Positions 52,181 to 62,223 of a stretch of DNA of 64,000 nt are shown here, piece by piece (position 1 is the first letter of the stretch; every line of letters begins with the position of its first letter). The stretch spans positions 1-64,000 of IMG/VR virus record IMGVR_UViG_3300042868_010004; one strand, given 5' to 3'. The position numbers were made by a program, and so were the translations under genes. The notes below the pieces were generated by a model. It saw nothing but the letters and a program-made list of their open reading frames with translations, was not told the origin of the DNA and made no database searches. The DNA is from a virus.

Positions 52181-53081
52181 GTCAAAGATTGACGGTAAAG
52201 AATTTAACTCAATAAAAGACTTTAATGTTTATTTGAGGTCGGTTAAACTTACGCAAAAACAGTATTTTACTCAGCACGATCCCAAGTTTTGCAAGAGTTC
52301 CGGCAAGCCAATTGAGTTCAAGACTATTGAACAATACCTTTTGACTGATTTTTTTGATAAGAACGAAATCAAAAAGTGGTATAAAGCCAATCCTACGGAG
52401 GCCAAGCAATACACGATAGATATTCTTAAAAAAAGAAAGGAAATAAAGGGTCTATCCTACCAGATGGGCGAAACTGAATTGCGCAGTCTCGGATTACCTA
52501 GTCCGAAGTATTTTTTGCAAACCTTTGAGGATTATGGATTCTTCTGCGCTGAATTAGGCATCAAGGAAAGGTATAATTACTCTCTCAACATTTCTTGTCG
52601 GCTAGTTCCAGAATCATCCATTATTATTGATACGAGAGAACAATCAAACATATCATTCGCGGGGGCGAAAACCGAGAAGATTGAATATGGCGACTATTGT
52701 TTGGCGTCAAACCCGAAATTATCAATTGAGAGGAAGTCGTTACCCGATCTGATCTCTACATTAGTTACGAATTTTGATAGGTTTGAGCGGGAGGTAATTA
52801 GATGTAAAGAAGATGGCGGCTATCTGGTCGTTTTATGCGAATCTGCCCTGACGGACGCCTTATCTTTCGACTATTTGCCACATATCAAACGATACACCAA
52901 GATAAAACCACAAGTCGTTTTCCACAACATCCGAGATTTATGCCAGAGATATGAAAATATCCAATTTGCCTTTTGCGACGGGCGAAAGCACATGAAAGAT
53001 TGTATAAAGAAAATTCTGACCTGTATCAATGATGTTTCCAAGATGGATTTACAGTATTTAATTAAGGAGAAAAAACTTTAA
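52170..53081 (+). CDS. ERCC4-domain nuclease
   Basis: IIIDTREQ, GDY and SIERKSLPDL motifs. Confidence 0.85.
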   Translation: MFIKSKIDGKEFNSIKDFNVYLRSVKLTQKQYFTQHDPKFCKSSGKPIEFKTIEQYLLTDFFDKNEIKKWYKANPTEAKQYTIDILKKRKEIKGLSYQMGETELRSLGLPSPKYFLQTFEDYGFFCAELGIKERYNYSLNISCRLVPESSIIIDTREQSNISFAGAKTEKIEYGDYCLASNPKLSIERKSLPDLISTLVTNFDRFEREVIRCKEDGGYLVVLCESALTDALSFDYLPHIKRYTKIKPQVVFHNIRDLCQRYENIQFAFCDGRKHMKDCIKKILTCINDVSKMDLQYLIKEKKL

Positions 53082-53082
53082 T

Positions 53083-54954
53083 ATGTGGATAGAATCTAAA
53101 AAAGTCGGGCGAGACAATAAAGATTGGAACGCCGAGCTACGTAATATAAAGGACTCTCTGACGGACGAAGAAGCCCGCGTTTCTTTGTGCCAATTTTTGA
53201 GACACAATCTCAAATTTACCACATTCATTCTTACGGGCATTCGTCTCGCTCCGTATCAATCGCTTCTAGTTAAGGCGTGGTTCAAAAAAAACTTTTGTCT
53301 TAATGTCCTTGGGCGCGGATGCGGTAAAACCTTCAGCGCGGGTATCTTTGCTTTGCTGTATGCAATTTTCTTCCCGAATGAGCACATCCTAGTAGTCTCC
53401 GCAACCTTTCGTTCAAGCCGTCGAATATTGGAGGCTATTGACAAGTTAGCTAGGGGACGTGGCGGCGCTTTGTTGATGCAAGCATTCGGAACACAAATGA
53501 AGAAAGGTAACGACATGTATACTATTTCTTTCAAGAACGGATCTAGTATCAGTGCGGTTCCATTGGGTAATTCTGACAAGCTAAGAGGTCTTCGTTGCTC
53601 CGTTCTAATCCTCGACGAGCTATTACTAATTCCGAAAATCGTTGTAGAGACGATACTTATGCCATTCTTAAGTGCTTCCGCGAACATTCCTGAGAAGATG
53701 CGTATTCGCTCTATTGAGGACAGACTCATTAAGAAAGGGGTGATGAAGGAGGAGGAGCGGCGGAAGTTTGAGTCTACAGCCAAACTAATTGGGCTATCTT
53801 CCGCATCTTTCACTTTCGATTATCTGTATGAGATGTATCAGTCTTATTTGGATAAAATCAATAAGGGTGAGTGTGATGGCCGTTATTTCGTCTCTCAGTT
53901 AAGTTACGAAGTGGTTCCGAAAGACCTTCTAGACCCGAGCATTATTGACGAAATGGTTAATGGTAGTATGTCAAAGGCTGTCGTTGATCGAGAGATGCGC
54001 GCTATGTTTACGTCAGGTAGCGAAGGGTATTTCTCAGCGGTTAAAATGAAGGCGTGCTCAATTCCTGATGGAGAAAAACCCTCCGTGGAATTGGTGGGCA
54101 AGCCAGAAGATCAATATGTCTTGGCAATCGACCCCTCTTTCTCAAGTGCGGAACACAGCGATAATTTTGCGATGTGTCTAATGAAAATCGTAGAAAAGAA
54201 GGATGGCCGCAAAATTGGCATGGTTGTCCATCAATACGGGGTGGCTGGTGGCGACCTAAAGAGTCATATTTGTTACCTGCATTATATCCTAACCTGCTTT
54301 AATGTTGTTTATATTGCCATTGACTCCAGCGGCGGTGATTCCAACGAGTTTATTTCTAGTGCAAATAATTCCAAGGTTTTTAAAGACTCGAAAATTGAAA
54401 TTCTTGATATTGAGGCTGACTTCAATAAGGATGATTATGTTAATCTACCTACGCAAATAAAGCGGAGCTACAATAAGGGCGCGGGTCGCATAGTTCAGAA
54501 ACAGGGTTTCAACGCCGTCTTTCAAAGAGCCGCTAACGAACATTTACAAGCATGCTTGGATTTCAAACAAATTCTTTTTGCGAGTAAGGCCGCTTCTCTG
54601 ACAGACGCTGGTTCATTAGTAGAGGGCGTAGAGCACCTTTTAACCCCGCTGAAAAATCATGAAAGTTTTAATAATCCAGAAGAGAACAGCCCTCTAACTT
54701 TCCTAGAAGAGCAAGACCGACTTTTGGATCAGGTTAAAAAAGAATGCGCGCTGATTGAGCCTCGCCTGAGCGCGCTTGGAACGATGACCTTTGATTTGCC
54801 CACATCATTAAAGCGTAGTCGTAGCCCGAATCGCCCGAGAAAGGATAATTATTCCGCCCTCTTTCTTTGCAATTTCGCGCTCAAACTATATTTGGAATCT
54901 CAATCGGTTGAAGTTGAAGAAATCCCCGAGACTTTTACTCCCTTTGCCGTCTAG
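53083..54954 (+). CDS. terL: Terminase large subunit
   Basis: Walker A GRGCGKT, LRGLRCSVLILDE and nuclease VLAIDPS; directly upstream of the portal. Confidence 0.93.
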   Translation: MWIESKKVGRDNKDWNAELRNIKDSLTDEEARVSLCQFLRHNLKFTTFILTGIRLAPYQSLLVKAWFKKNFCLNVLGRGCGKTFSAGIFALLYAIFFPNEHILVVSATFRSSRRILEAIDKLARGRGGALLMQAFGTQMKKGNDMYTISFKNGSSISAVPLGNSDKLRGLRCSVLILDELLLIPKIVVETILMPFLSASANIPEKMRIRSIEDRLIKKGVMKEEERRKFESTAKLIGLSSASFTFDYLYEMYQSYLDKINKGECDGRYFVSQLSYEVVPKDLLDPSIIDEMVNGSMSKAVVDREMRAMFTSGSEGYFSAVKMKACSIPDGEKPSVELVGKPEDQYVLAIDPSFSSAEHSDNFAMCLMKIVEKKDGRKIGMVVHQYGVAGGDLKSHICYLHYILTCFNVVYIAIDSSGGDSNEFISSANNSKVFKDSKIEILDIEADFNKDDYVNLPTQIKRSYNKGAGRIVQKQGFNAVFQRAANEHLQACLDFKQILFASKAASLTDAGSLVEGVEHLLTPLKNHESFNNPEENSPLTFLEEQDRLLDQVKKECALIEPRLSALGTMTFDLPTSLKRSRSPNRPRKDNYSALFLCNFALKLYLESQSVEVEEIPETFTPFAV

Positions 54955-55033
54955 CTTTTAATTGTCGCAAAAGTAGATTCAATTCTACAATTTCTACTTT
55001 CTCATTCCGTCTTCCGGCGTGTAAACCTCTTTC

Positions 55034-56977
55034 ATGCCTCGGAAATACACTAAAAAGTCGGAGTTTTGGAATCTTAAATCTGCCGCCGCTGGCAATTCTA
55101 CTTCGGCCCCGCTCGCCGAACAAATCGCGGAGTCCCGCCTATCCGAACCCAGCATTCCAAATATTACGTATGATGATATTGCCTTGGCCGACTGCCGAAC
55201 AGAGGGGCGTTCAAGCTATCGGAATCTAGAAGGGCCGGGCACACAGGGCATTTTCGCGCAGACTTCATTTCCAAACATCTCCTCTGGAGTTCTTCCTTAT
55301 TGCAACAAAAACGGGTCAATCAACGTTAGGGAGTCCATTGAACTTTGTCAGCGTGCTTATGCTAACGTCTCTATCTTCCGCTCGACTATTGACATCATGA
55401 CGGAGTTTTCCAACTCCAAACTCCAACTCAGAGGCGGTTCGGCGGCTTCCCGCTCCTTCTTCTCTAAATGGTTCGAGAAGATTAATATACATAATCTGAA
55501 AGAAGAGTTCTTCCGGGAATACTACCGGTCAGGTAATGTTTTTATTTACAAGATTGATGGAAAGTTCAAGTCGGATGATTTCGTTCAACTGATGGGAGTT
55601 CGGAATAAGATCCCCTTGAAGTATCTTCTTTTGAATCCCGCTACGATTGCGGCGACCGGCGGCATTGGGTATGATTATGCCTACATGAAGTTAATGTCAA
55701 AGTATGAGATTGAGAAATATAAGAATCCCAAGACTGATGAGGATCGAGCTGTCTTTAATGCTCTTCCCGAAAATGTAAAAAAGCAGATCAGAGCGTATAC
55801 TACCAGTTATTCCGAATTGTATATGAATATTGAGCCGGAAAAGCTCTTTTATGTCTTCTATAAGAAACAAGGATATGAGCCATTTGCGGTTCCAATGGGG
55901 TTTCCCGTTCTGAATGACATCGAATGGAAACTGTCCCTGAAAAAGATGGATATGGCGCTAGCTCGCACGGTTGATAGTATCATCCTGCTTGTGACCATGG
56001 GTGCTAAGAAGGACGATGGCGGTATTAATTATAAGAATATTGAGGCAATGCAAAAACTACTTGCCAATCAGTCGGCGGGGCGGACAATCGTATCGGATTA
56101 TACTACCAAGGCTGAGTTTGTCATTCCAAAATTGGAAGACATTCTTGGAAAAGAGAAATACGAGGTTGTTAACAAGGACATTGAAGACGGCTTGCAGAAC
56201 ATCCTTCTAGGCGACTCAAAGTTCGCCAATCAGATGATTAAGACAAAGGTGTTCCTTGAACGTCTGAATGAGGGTCGCGATGCCTTTATTGACTTCATCT
56301 ATCCGGAAATGAAAAAAATCGCTGAAGATTTGGGTTTCCGTTATTGCCCCAAACCGGTCTTCGAAAAAATCAATCTGAAAGACGAGGCTCAATTTGCCCG
56401 TGTTGTTACTCGTATGGCCGAACTCGGTATTTTGACGCCTGAACAGGCTTTTGAGACTCTTGAGAGCGGACTGTATCCCGATAATGAATCTCTGGTTCCC
56501 GCGCAAGAAAAATATAAACAAGAGAGAGATAAGGGCCTTTGGACTCCGCTGCTTGGCGGGTCAAACCAAGGGGAAGGCAAAGATGGGCGACCAACCGGGA
56601 CAGGAACCCCGAAAAAGAGTAATCCAATTGGAGCAAAGGGCAAGGGTCTGGCTTCGGAAGAGTATTCTGCCAAGAAAATTGCCTCCGTTTTTGAATTAGC
56701 TACAAGCTTAGAGGGTCGGGCGGTTGCCGAGCTGAAGAAAAAGCATGGGGTTAAGAAACTTAATAAGGCTCAGACGGCGGTTGCCGAGCAAATTACCAAA
56801 ACAATCGTGGAGTCTAATAAAGTCAAAGACTGGGATTTGGCCTTGGATGGATTTATTGAAAAAGGACAGCTCTTGGAGGACAAAGAATTTATTTCTGCCG
56901 CCATGGATTTAGCTGCCGAGAAAGAATTGGATCTTTATCAGGCTTCTGTCATGCTGAACTCAAAGGAGATTGAATAA
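55034..56977 (+). CDS. Portal protein
   Basis: 647 aa after terL; AYANVSIFRSTIDIMTEF, EFFREYYRSGNVFIY and PFAVPMGFPVL segments. Confidence 0.8.
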   Translation: MPRKYTKKSEFWNLKSAAAGNSTSAPLAEQIAESRLSEPSIPNITYDDIALADCRTEGRSSYRNLEGPGTQGIFAQTSFPNISSGVLPYCNKNGSINVRESIELCQRAYANVSIFRSTIDIMTEFSNSKLQLRGGSAASRSFFSKWFEKINIHNLKEEFFREYYRSGNVFIYKIDGKFKSDDFVQLMGVRNKIPLKYLLLNPATIAATGGIGYDYAYMKLMSKYEIEKYKNPKTDEDRAVFNALPENVKKQIRAYTTSYSELYMNIEPEKLFYVFYKKQGYEPFAVPMGFPVLNDIEWKLSLKKMDMALARTVDSIILLVTMGAKKDDGGINYKNIEAMQKLLANQSAGRTIVSDYTTKAEFVIPKLEDILGKEKYEVVNKDIEDGLQNILLGDSKFANQMIKTKVFLERLNEGRDAFIDFIYPEMKKIAEDLGFRYCPKPVFEKINLKDEAQFARVVTRMAELGILTPEQAFETLESGLYPDNESLVPAQEKYKQERDKGLWTPLLGGSNQGEGKDGRPTGTGTPKKSNPIGAKGKGLASEEYSAKKIASVFELATSLEGRAVAELKKKHGVKKLNKAQTAVAEQITKTIVESNKVKDWDLALDGFIEKGQLLEDKEFISAAMDLAAEKELDLYQASVMLNSKEIE

Positions 56978-57165
56978 TGAAATCTATTTTAAATGGCCTA
57001 CTGTTGCTATTGATTATTCTGTTGGATTTCGTTTTGTTTTTCGGTGCGGTTGTGTTCGGAATCATCTTTACGCTCACATTTCTAGTTTTATATTTCCCAA
57101 TAAGCTTTCTTATTGCCTTTGGAAGCCTTGGCCGAGATATTCTATTTTGTAAAAAAGTAGTGTAA
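56977..57165 (+). CDS. Small highly hydrophobic membrane protein
   Basis: 62 aa, about 45 hydrophobic residues; TAATG coupling. Confidence 0.65.
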   Translation: MKSILNGLLLLLIILLDFVLFFGAVVFGIIFTLTFLVLYFPISFLIAFGSLGRDILFCKKVV

Positions 57166-57174
57166 TCCTATTTG

Positions 57175-58818
57175 ATGCAAGTTGACGACTCTTTAAAGGA
57201 TTACCCATACTCAGCCTGCTTCCTGAGTGTCGCCAGCGTTATTAAACCAACGGATGAGGATCATGAGGTTGCCAAGGCGTCTCTACAATCCCTTTCCGGC
57301 CTTCTCCCTCCCGACGTTACCCCGGAAGAGAATCCTGATTTAATTTATTTTGCGGCAAATGGAGCCGTGGCAGGTATTTGTAATGAGAATGATGACTGCC
57401 TAGACCCTGCTACGGCATTAGAGATTTACCCGCAATCTAAACACAAATATATCAATGTCGATCACAAACGGGATATTGTAGTCGGCAGCGTTCTGTATCC
57501 CGGGCTGTCTAAATATGGCGAGAACACTCTAATTGATCGTGAAGCGGCGGCGGGCGAAAAGTTTTTCAATCTGTCCGTCGTCGCCATAATGTGGAAGGCA
57601 ATCAACAAAAAACTTGCCGAAATTCTATCTATTGCGGGTGACGAGTCCTCCTCTGAGTTCGGCAAAGTCTCTCTGTCGTGGGAGGTCTTTTTTAAGGGTT
57701 TCGACATTGCTATTGGCTCGCCGATCCTAGCCGAGGCCCGAATCGTAACTGATCCCGCTGAATACGAAAAACTCCTGCCCTATCTTAAACACAACAAAGG
57801 TCGAGGTGAATACGAGGGGCAAAAAGTCTATCGTGTCATTCGAAATACTGCCGACTCAAAAAATGTAATCATCGGCGGCTACTCATTAGTAACAAATCCG
57901 GCGGCTCAGGTTGAAGGTATTCTAAGTATTCTTAGTAACCCTCAGTATGATGTCTCGGATGAACGAGTCGCCGAGATAATTCCGGAGGATAATAAACAAA
58001 AAGAAAAAAATCTTTCAATTTCCGATAATTCTTTTTCCCAAACTCCGAAAACCTTTGTAAACCCCAATATAGCACACTCTGAGACTGTGACTCAAACTCA
58101 CTCAACCCTTACAATCAAAAAGTTCATGGACATTCAAAAAGTAGAAGATATTACCTCCAACTGGAACGAGTTTTCCAAGTTGGAAGAGTCTGTCGCCTCA
58201 ACCAAGATTTCCGAAATCTGGAAGACCGGGCTGAAAGAAGCCTCTGATAAGTTCGTTGCCGAGATTTCCGCCAAGGATGCCGCACTTGCCAAAACTCAGG
58301 AAGAGGCCGCGAAGGCTGTCGCTGAAGTCGAGGTTGTCAAAGCGTCTTACAATAAGGTGATGGCCGAACTTGATGCTATTAAACAGGGCATTAAGGCCCA
58401 GATGGATCAGGAAGCTTATTCCGCCCGCATGTGCGAGATGGAAGATGAGTATGATTTGGATGATGAAGACCGTAAGGTTGTCGCTTCTGAAATTATGGGC
58501 ATGGATGACGAGACCTATGCTGGTTATAAGAACAAGTTCGCTTCTTTCGCCAAGTTCAAGTCCAAGAAATTCAAAGCTCAGATGGAAGAGGAGATGCGCG
58601 CCAAGTGCATGAAAGAGATTCAGGAAAAGGCCGCTGCCGCGACTTCTACCGCTTCCACTAAAACCAAAGAGGAGATCGCCGAAGAGGCTCTAGCTTCCGC
58701 CAAAGCAAATCCCGGTTTCGTTCCCGCTCCCCATACCGACACCCAAGTCAGTCTTCTTGACAAGTATTCCGCTGCTTTCGGTAAAGACGCCGTGAAGGTT
58801 TCTTACAAGACTCGTTAA
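57175..58818 (+). CDS. Prohead protease fused to an acidic coiled-coil scaffold
   Basis: INVDHKRD..VG and VSLSWEV (HK97-type protease His and Ser motifs); Ala/Glu-rich C-terminal half; lies between portal and capsid genes. Confidence 0.8.
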   Translation: MQVDDSLKDYPYSACFLSVASVIKPTDEDHEVAKASLQSLSGLLPPDVTPEENPDLIYFAANGAVAGICNENDDCLDPATALEIYPQSKHKYINVDHKRDIVVGSVLYPGLSKYGENTLIDREAAAGEKFFNLSVVAIMWKAINKKLAEILSIAGDESSSEFGKVSLSWEVFFKGFDIAIGSPILAEARIVTDPAEYEKLLPYLKHNKGRGEYEGQKVYRVIRNTADSKNVIIGGYSLVTNPAAQVEGILSILSNPQYDVSDERVAEIIPEDNKQKEKNLSISDNSFSQTPKTFVNPNIAHSETVTQTHSTLTIKKFMDIQKVEDITSNWNEFSKLEESVASTKISEIWKTGLKEASDKFVAEISAKDAALAKTQEEAAKAVAEVEVVKASYNKVMAELDAIKQGIKAQMDQEAYSARMCEMEDEYDLDDEDRKVVASEIMGMDDETYAGYKNKFASFAKFKSKKFKAQMEEEMRAKCMKEIQEKAAAATSTASTKTKEEIAEEALASAKANPGFVPAPHTDTQVSLLDKYSAAFGKDAVKVSYKTR

Positions 58819-58912
58819 TTTCTCCCTATAATCAATCAACCAATTCAGACAGACAATCAGTTCAAACCTAGTTTACTTTAAGCTCTAAAACCCTTTCAAC
58901 CTATAAAACAAT

Positions 58913-59506
58913 ATGGCTACTATCAATACCCGTCTCCTCCCCTTTCGTGACTATGATGAGCACGAAGTTCTTGGCTTTTTCGCGCTGAATCAAACCGGCG
59001 TTGCTGGCCAATTCGTTTCGTTCAGCACTTTCGACCCCGACAATCAAAAGGGCTTTAGCTCTGTTTCTCCGGGCGCTGATTATGATAACGTTTACTCCAA
59101 GCGTTATGAAGTTAAAGCCAAAGTCGCCCCTGCCGCTTCTGGCACCAAGGCTTCTCAAGTCGCTGGCATCACTCTTTATAGCACTCTCGAATTTGACGAG
59201 AATGGCGAAAAGCTGATTTTCCATCCCGAGAAGAAAGACAAGCTCAAAGCCGTGACCTCCGGCGAGGGTGTTCCTATCCTCAAGCGTGGTCTCGTTACCC
59301 TTACTCAGGGCGCTTATCTCGGCACTCCCGCCCCCGGCTCTTACGGTGTTATCAGTCCTTCTGGTGATGGCAAGATTCTCGCCGTTTCTGCCACTGGTCT
59401 CGTTACTACCGGCGTTGGTTACAAACTTGATGATGTTGTCGGTCGCTTCATCAGCTCCGCTGGCACCAAGCAGGGCGGCTATGCTCTATTCGAGGTTTCC
59501 GTCTAA
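58913..59506 (+). CDS. Probable head decoration/cement protein
   Basis: 197 aa directly before the MCP, with high-expression codon bias. Confidence 0.6.
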   Translation: MATINTRLLPFRDYDEHEVLGFFALNQTGVAGQFVSFSTFDPDNQKGFSSVSPGADYDNVYSKRYEVKAKVAPAASGTKASQVAGITLYSTLEFDENGEKLIFHPEKKDKLKAVTSGEGVPILKRGLVTLTQGAYLGTPAPGSYGVISPSGDGKILAVSATGLVTTGVGYKLDDVVGRFISSAGTKQGGYALFEVSV

Positions 59507-59553
59507 TCACTATCGGTCATTTTAACCAACCTCAATTTTAATTTACTAAAATC

Positions 59554-60678
59554 ATGAATTATATCACTCTCAAAAACGACGGCGAGCAGATTGAACTTAT
59601 CAAGGCTCTCGCGTCCAAAGACCCCGCCAAAGCTATGCAAGCCCGCATGGCCTTCGCCGCCGCTGTTGGCCCGCTCATTCAGCAGGTCATCAACTTTGCT
59701 CCCGGTTTCGCCAATATGTATACTCGTCTGGAGTTGAACGAGAACCAGAACCACGAGATCGACCTTGCTCAGTATTACGACATCAAGCAGATGGAGTTCC
59801 TGAAGATCTGGTCCCAGCGCATTGCTGGCGGTCTCCCTTCTAACGAGCTGCCCGGTAGCGAAGTTCTGAAATTCACCACCTACCGCCTTGAGTCCGCTCT
59901 TTCGGTTCTCGTGAAATTCGCTAAACAGGGTCGTATTGACTCCGTTCAGCAGGGTCTTAACTTCCTTGCTCAGAACTTCCTCGTTCAGAAGGATCAGGAT
60001 GCGGCTTTCGTAGCTCTTACCGCCCTTGCTCAGGCCGAAACCAATGACGGTCTCGTTGATAAGAAGCATATCATCCGCACTAAAACCGCTGGTAATATTG
60101 TTCTCGCAGATTTCTTGGCTCTCGGAACCCTGTCTTCGCGTATTCTCTCTTCGTGGAATGGTGGCTCTGCCGTTGGGACCATGGGTAATGGCATTACCGA
60201 TATGGTGTTTTCTGCCGAGGGTATTGAAAAGCTGAAGAGCATTTCCTTTAATCCTGTTAACACTGTTGGAACTCTTACCAACATCCCCGCCCATGAAGAT
60301 CTTCGTAAGAAGTTGTTTGAAGGCGGTGGCGCTCTCAGCTTCTATAATGTCGCCATTCAGCAGAATAACCTCCTCGGTGTTGGTCGCGAGTATAATACTC
60401 TCTTCGACACCGCCGCTGGCTCAATCGCTTATCCCGGCTATAACGCTTCTGGCACTGCCGTCTTCGACGGCTCCACTGAAGAGGTTGCGTTCGGTGCTAA
60501 TCTTGCGGCTCCCGGAATGTTTCAACCTGTTGTGCTGGACGGTGATACGGGCTCGGAAGTTACAATGTCACCCGACGATCAATACGTTGGGAGACAAAAA
60601 AAGATCGGCTTCACTGCCGAAGTTGAGCAGGGCTTTATTCAGACTGACTCGCGCACGACTATTGGATTGGTCTTCTGA
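59554..60678 (+). CDS. Major capsid protein
   Basis: Size, position, strong C/T-ending codon bias and a downstream terminator. Confidence 0.85.
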   Translation: MNYITLKNDGEQIELIKALASKDPAKAMQARMAFAAAVGPLIQQVINFAPGFANMYTRLELNENQNHEIDLAQYYDIKQMEFLKIWSQRIAGGLPSNELPGSEVLKFTTYRLESALSVLVKFAKQGRIDSVQQGLNFLAQNFLVQKDQDAAFVALTALAQAETNDGLVDKKHIIRTKTAGNIVLADFLALGTLSSRILSSWNGGSAVGTMGNGITDMVFSAEGIEKLKSISFNPVNTVGTLTNIPAHEDLRKKLFEGGGALSFYNVAIQQNNLLGVGREYNTLFDTAAGSIAYPGYNASGTAVFDGSTEEVAFGANLAAPGMFQPVVLDGDTGSEVTMSPDDQYVGRQKKIGFTAEVEQGFIQTDSRTTIGLVF

Positions 60679-60700
60679 TTTGATTAAGAAAATCTCACAA

Positions 60701-60729
60701 AAGAACCTGTTAATTCAGGTTCTTTTTTT
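60701..60729 (+). terminator. Terminator after the MCP
   Basis: AAGAACCTG-TTAATT-CAGGTTCTT followed by a T-run. Confidence 0.9.
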
Positions 60730-60773
60730 ATTGCCTTTTTAACGGATCATCAATAAAATATAAGAACTAACAC

Positions 60774-61658
60774 ATGAGAACGCACAAAAAATTCTGGACA
60801 CAGGAAGAAAAAGATTTGCTTGGCAAAGTATGCAATGGAACGGAAAGTTTCAAAACTATTGCGAAAAAATATTTTCCTAATAGAACGCATATGGCGGTTG
60901 AGTCAGCATGTAGTGTTTTTGGGTTTAAAAACGATTTCGATCATCGGACTTATCCGCCTGATGACAATTTTTGGTCTGTTCCAAATGAAAATAATTCATA
61001 TTGGGCTGGGGTGATGGCGGCAGACGGATGTATTTATAAAGATAAAGGCTTAAAATGTCGATCTTTTCATTGGGCTATTTCAGAGGTTGATTTGCCGTTG
61101 ATGAATATTTTTTATAAAGATGCCAAGTTGACATGTCCCATTATTAGATTTCAAAACACAAGAGATACTGGATACGTTAGTAAATTTATCAGGGTCAGCG
61201 TCTTTTCAAAACAATGGATGGAGGATTTTGAAAAAAATTTTAATCTAGTCCCTCTTAAAACACAAAGGCTCGCGCCCCCGGAACATCTTGAAGAAAAGCT
61301 ACTGTGGTCTTATTTGAAAGGCTACACCGATGGTGACGGATGCGTAAGAATAAGTAGAGGAAAAGAACACAAGACACTGGTTATAGAATATGCTTCTAGT
61401 AGCATAGAAATATTGCACTGGATAAAAAGGATGACTGATTTAAAATTTACATCAAGAAGGAATTACGGAAGAGAGGTTCACTCTAGCGGAAATAAACATA
61501 CTTTTTCTATTGGGGGACAAGCCGCAATTCAAATGTTCTTGTTTTTGTCAAAACTTCCCGTCCCTTGCCTTGACCGAAAATGGAAAAATCCAGAAGTCTT
61601 AGAGCTTGTCGCCAAAGAAGTCGCCGCCCGACCCGAAGCCTACAAAGACTTCGTTTAA
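60774..61658 (+). CDS. Free-standing LAGLIDADG homing endonuclease
   Basis: NSYWAGVMAADGCI and YLKGYTDGDGCV; it has its own TTGCCT-N17-TAAAAT promoter at 60731-60759. Confidence 0.9.
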   Translation: MRTHKKFWTQEEKDLLGKVCNGTESFKTIAKKYFPNRTHMAVESACSVFGFKNDFDHRTYPPDDNFWSVPNENNSYWAGVMAADGCIYKDKGLKCRSFHWAISEVDLPLMNIFYKDAKLTCPIIRFQNTRDTGYVSKFIRVSVFSKQWMEDFEKNFNLVPLKTQRLAPPEHLEEKLLWSYLKGYTDGDGCVRISRGKEHKTLVIEYASSSIEILHWIKRMTDLKFTSRRNYGREVHSSGNKHTFSIGGQAAIQMFLFLSKLPVPCLDRKWKNPEVLELVAKEVAARPEAYKDFV

Positions 61659-61733
61659 TTCTTTCCCGCCCCAAAATTCTTTTTCCCATCCTTCCATCTT
61701 CTGTGTAGTCTTCATTTATAACCACACTAATTT

Positions 61734-62135
61734 ATGCCCAAAGCTAAAACCAAAATTAAACCGACTGAAAAATTCGAATCTCTGGAGGTCGCCGATGGCC
61801 AAAAAGAGGTTCCTGTCGCCGCGCTCAAAAAACCTAAAAACATTGAAGAAATTCTTCGCGCGAGCAAGAAGCTCCGTATGGAACAAACGCAGGAAGAGTA
61901 TGAAGATCATATCTCGGCTCTGTCTATGGCCGAATTGCAAGACCACGCCTATCAAAAACGCCTTCTCCCTATTGCGAATCGGAAGAAGCTCGAAAGTTTG
62001 CTTGTTCAAGAATTTATTCGTGAGCGAATTTACGCGAAGTCTGCCCGACCGCTGACCGACCCGTTTGCTGACATTCGGAAAAATCCCGATAAGTATAAGG
62101 CTCTGCAAGATATTCTGAATAAGCATAAGAAGTAA
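61734..62135 (+). CDS. Hypothetical protein
   Basis: 133-aa ORF followed by a terminator. Confidence 0.75.
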   Translation: MPKAKTKIKPTEKFESLEVADGQKEVPVAALKKPKNIEEILRASKKLRMEQTQEEYEDHISALSMAELQDHAYQKRLLPIANRKKLESLLVQEFIRERIYAKSARPLTDPFADIRKNPDKYKALQDILNKHKK

Positions 62136-62162
62136 CTCGGTCTTTCTAATCCAAAACCAAAA

Positions 62163-62194
62163 AGTGTAACCTCTAAAGCGGGTTACGCTTTTTT
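62163..62194 (+). terminator. Terminator with an AGTGTAACC/GGTTACGCT stem
   Basis: 9-bp stem with one G-U pair, followed by a T-run. Confidence 0.8.
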
Positions 62195-62223
62195 ATTTTT
62201 TAATACCAACCATCCTATCCCTC

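Noticed and set aside
59503-60742. Long overlapping ORFs on the capsid gene (59503-60294 minus, 60266-60742 plus)
   Set aside because: They are expected by-products of strong codon bias in the MCP, with no independent signals.
43512-61658. Group I introns or inteins around the homing endonucleases
   Set aside because: Flanking genes look complete, gaps are only 10-115 nt, and I found no split reading frames or intein end motifs.
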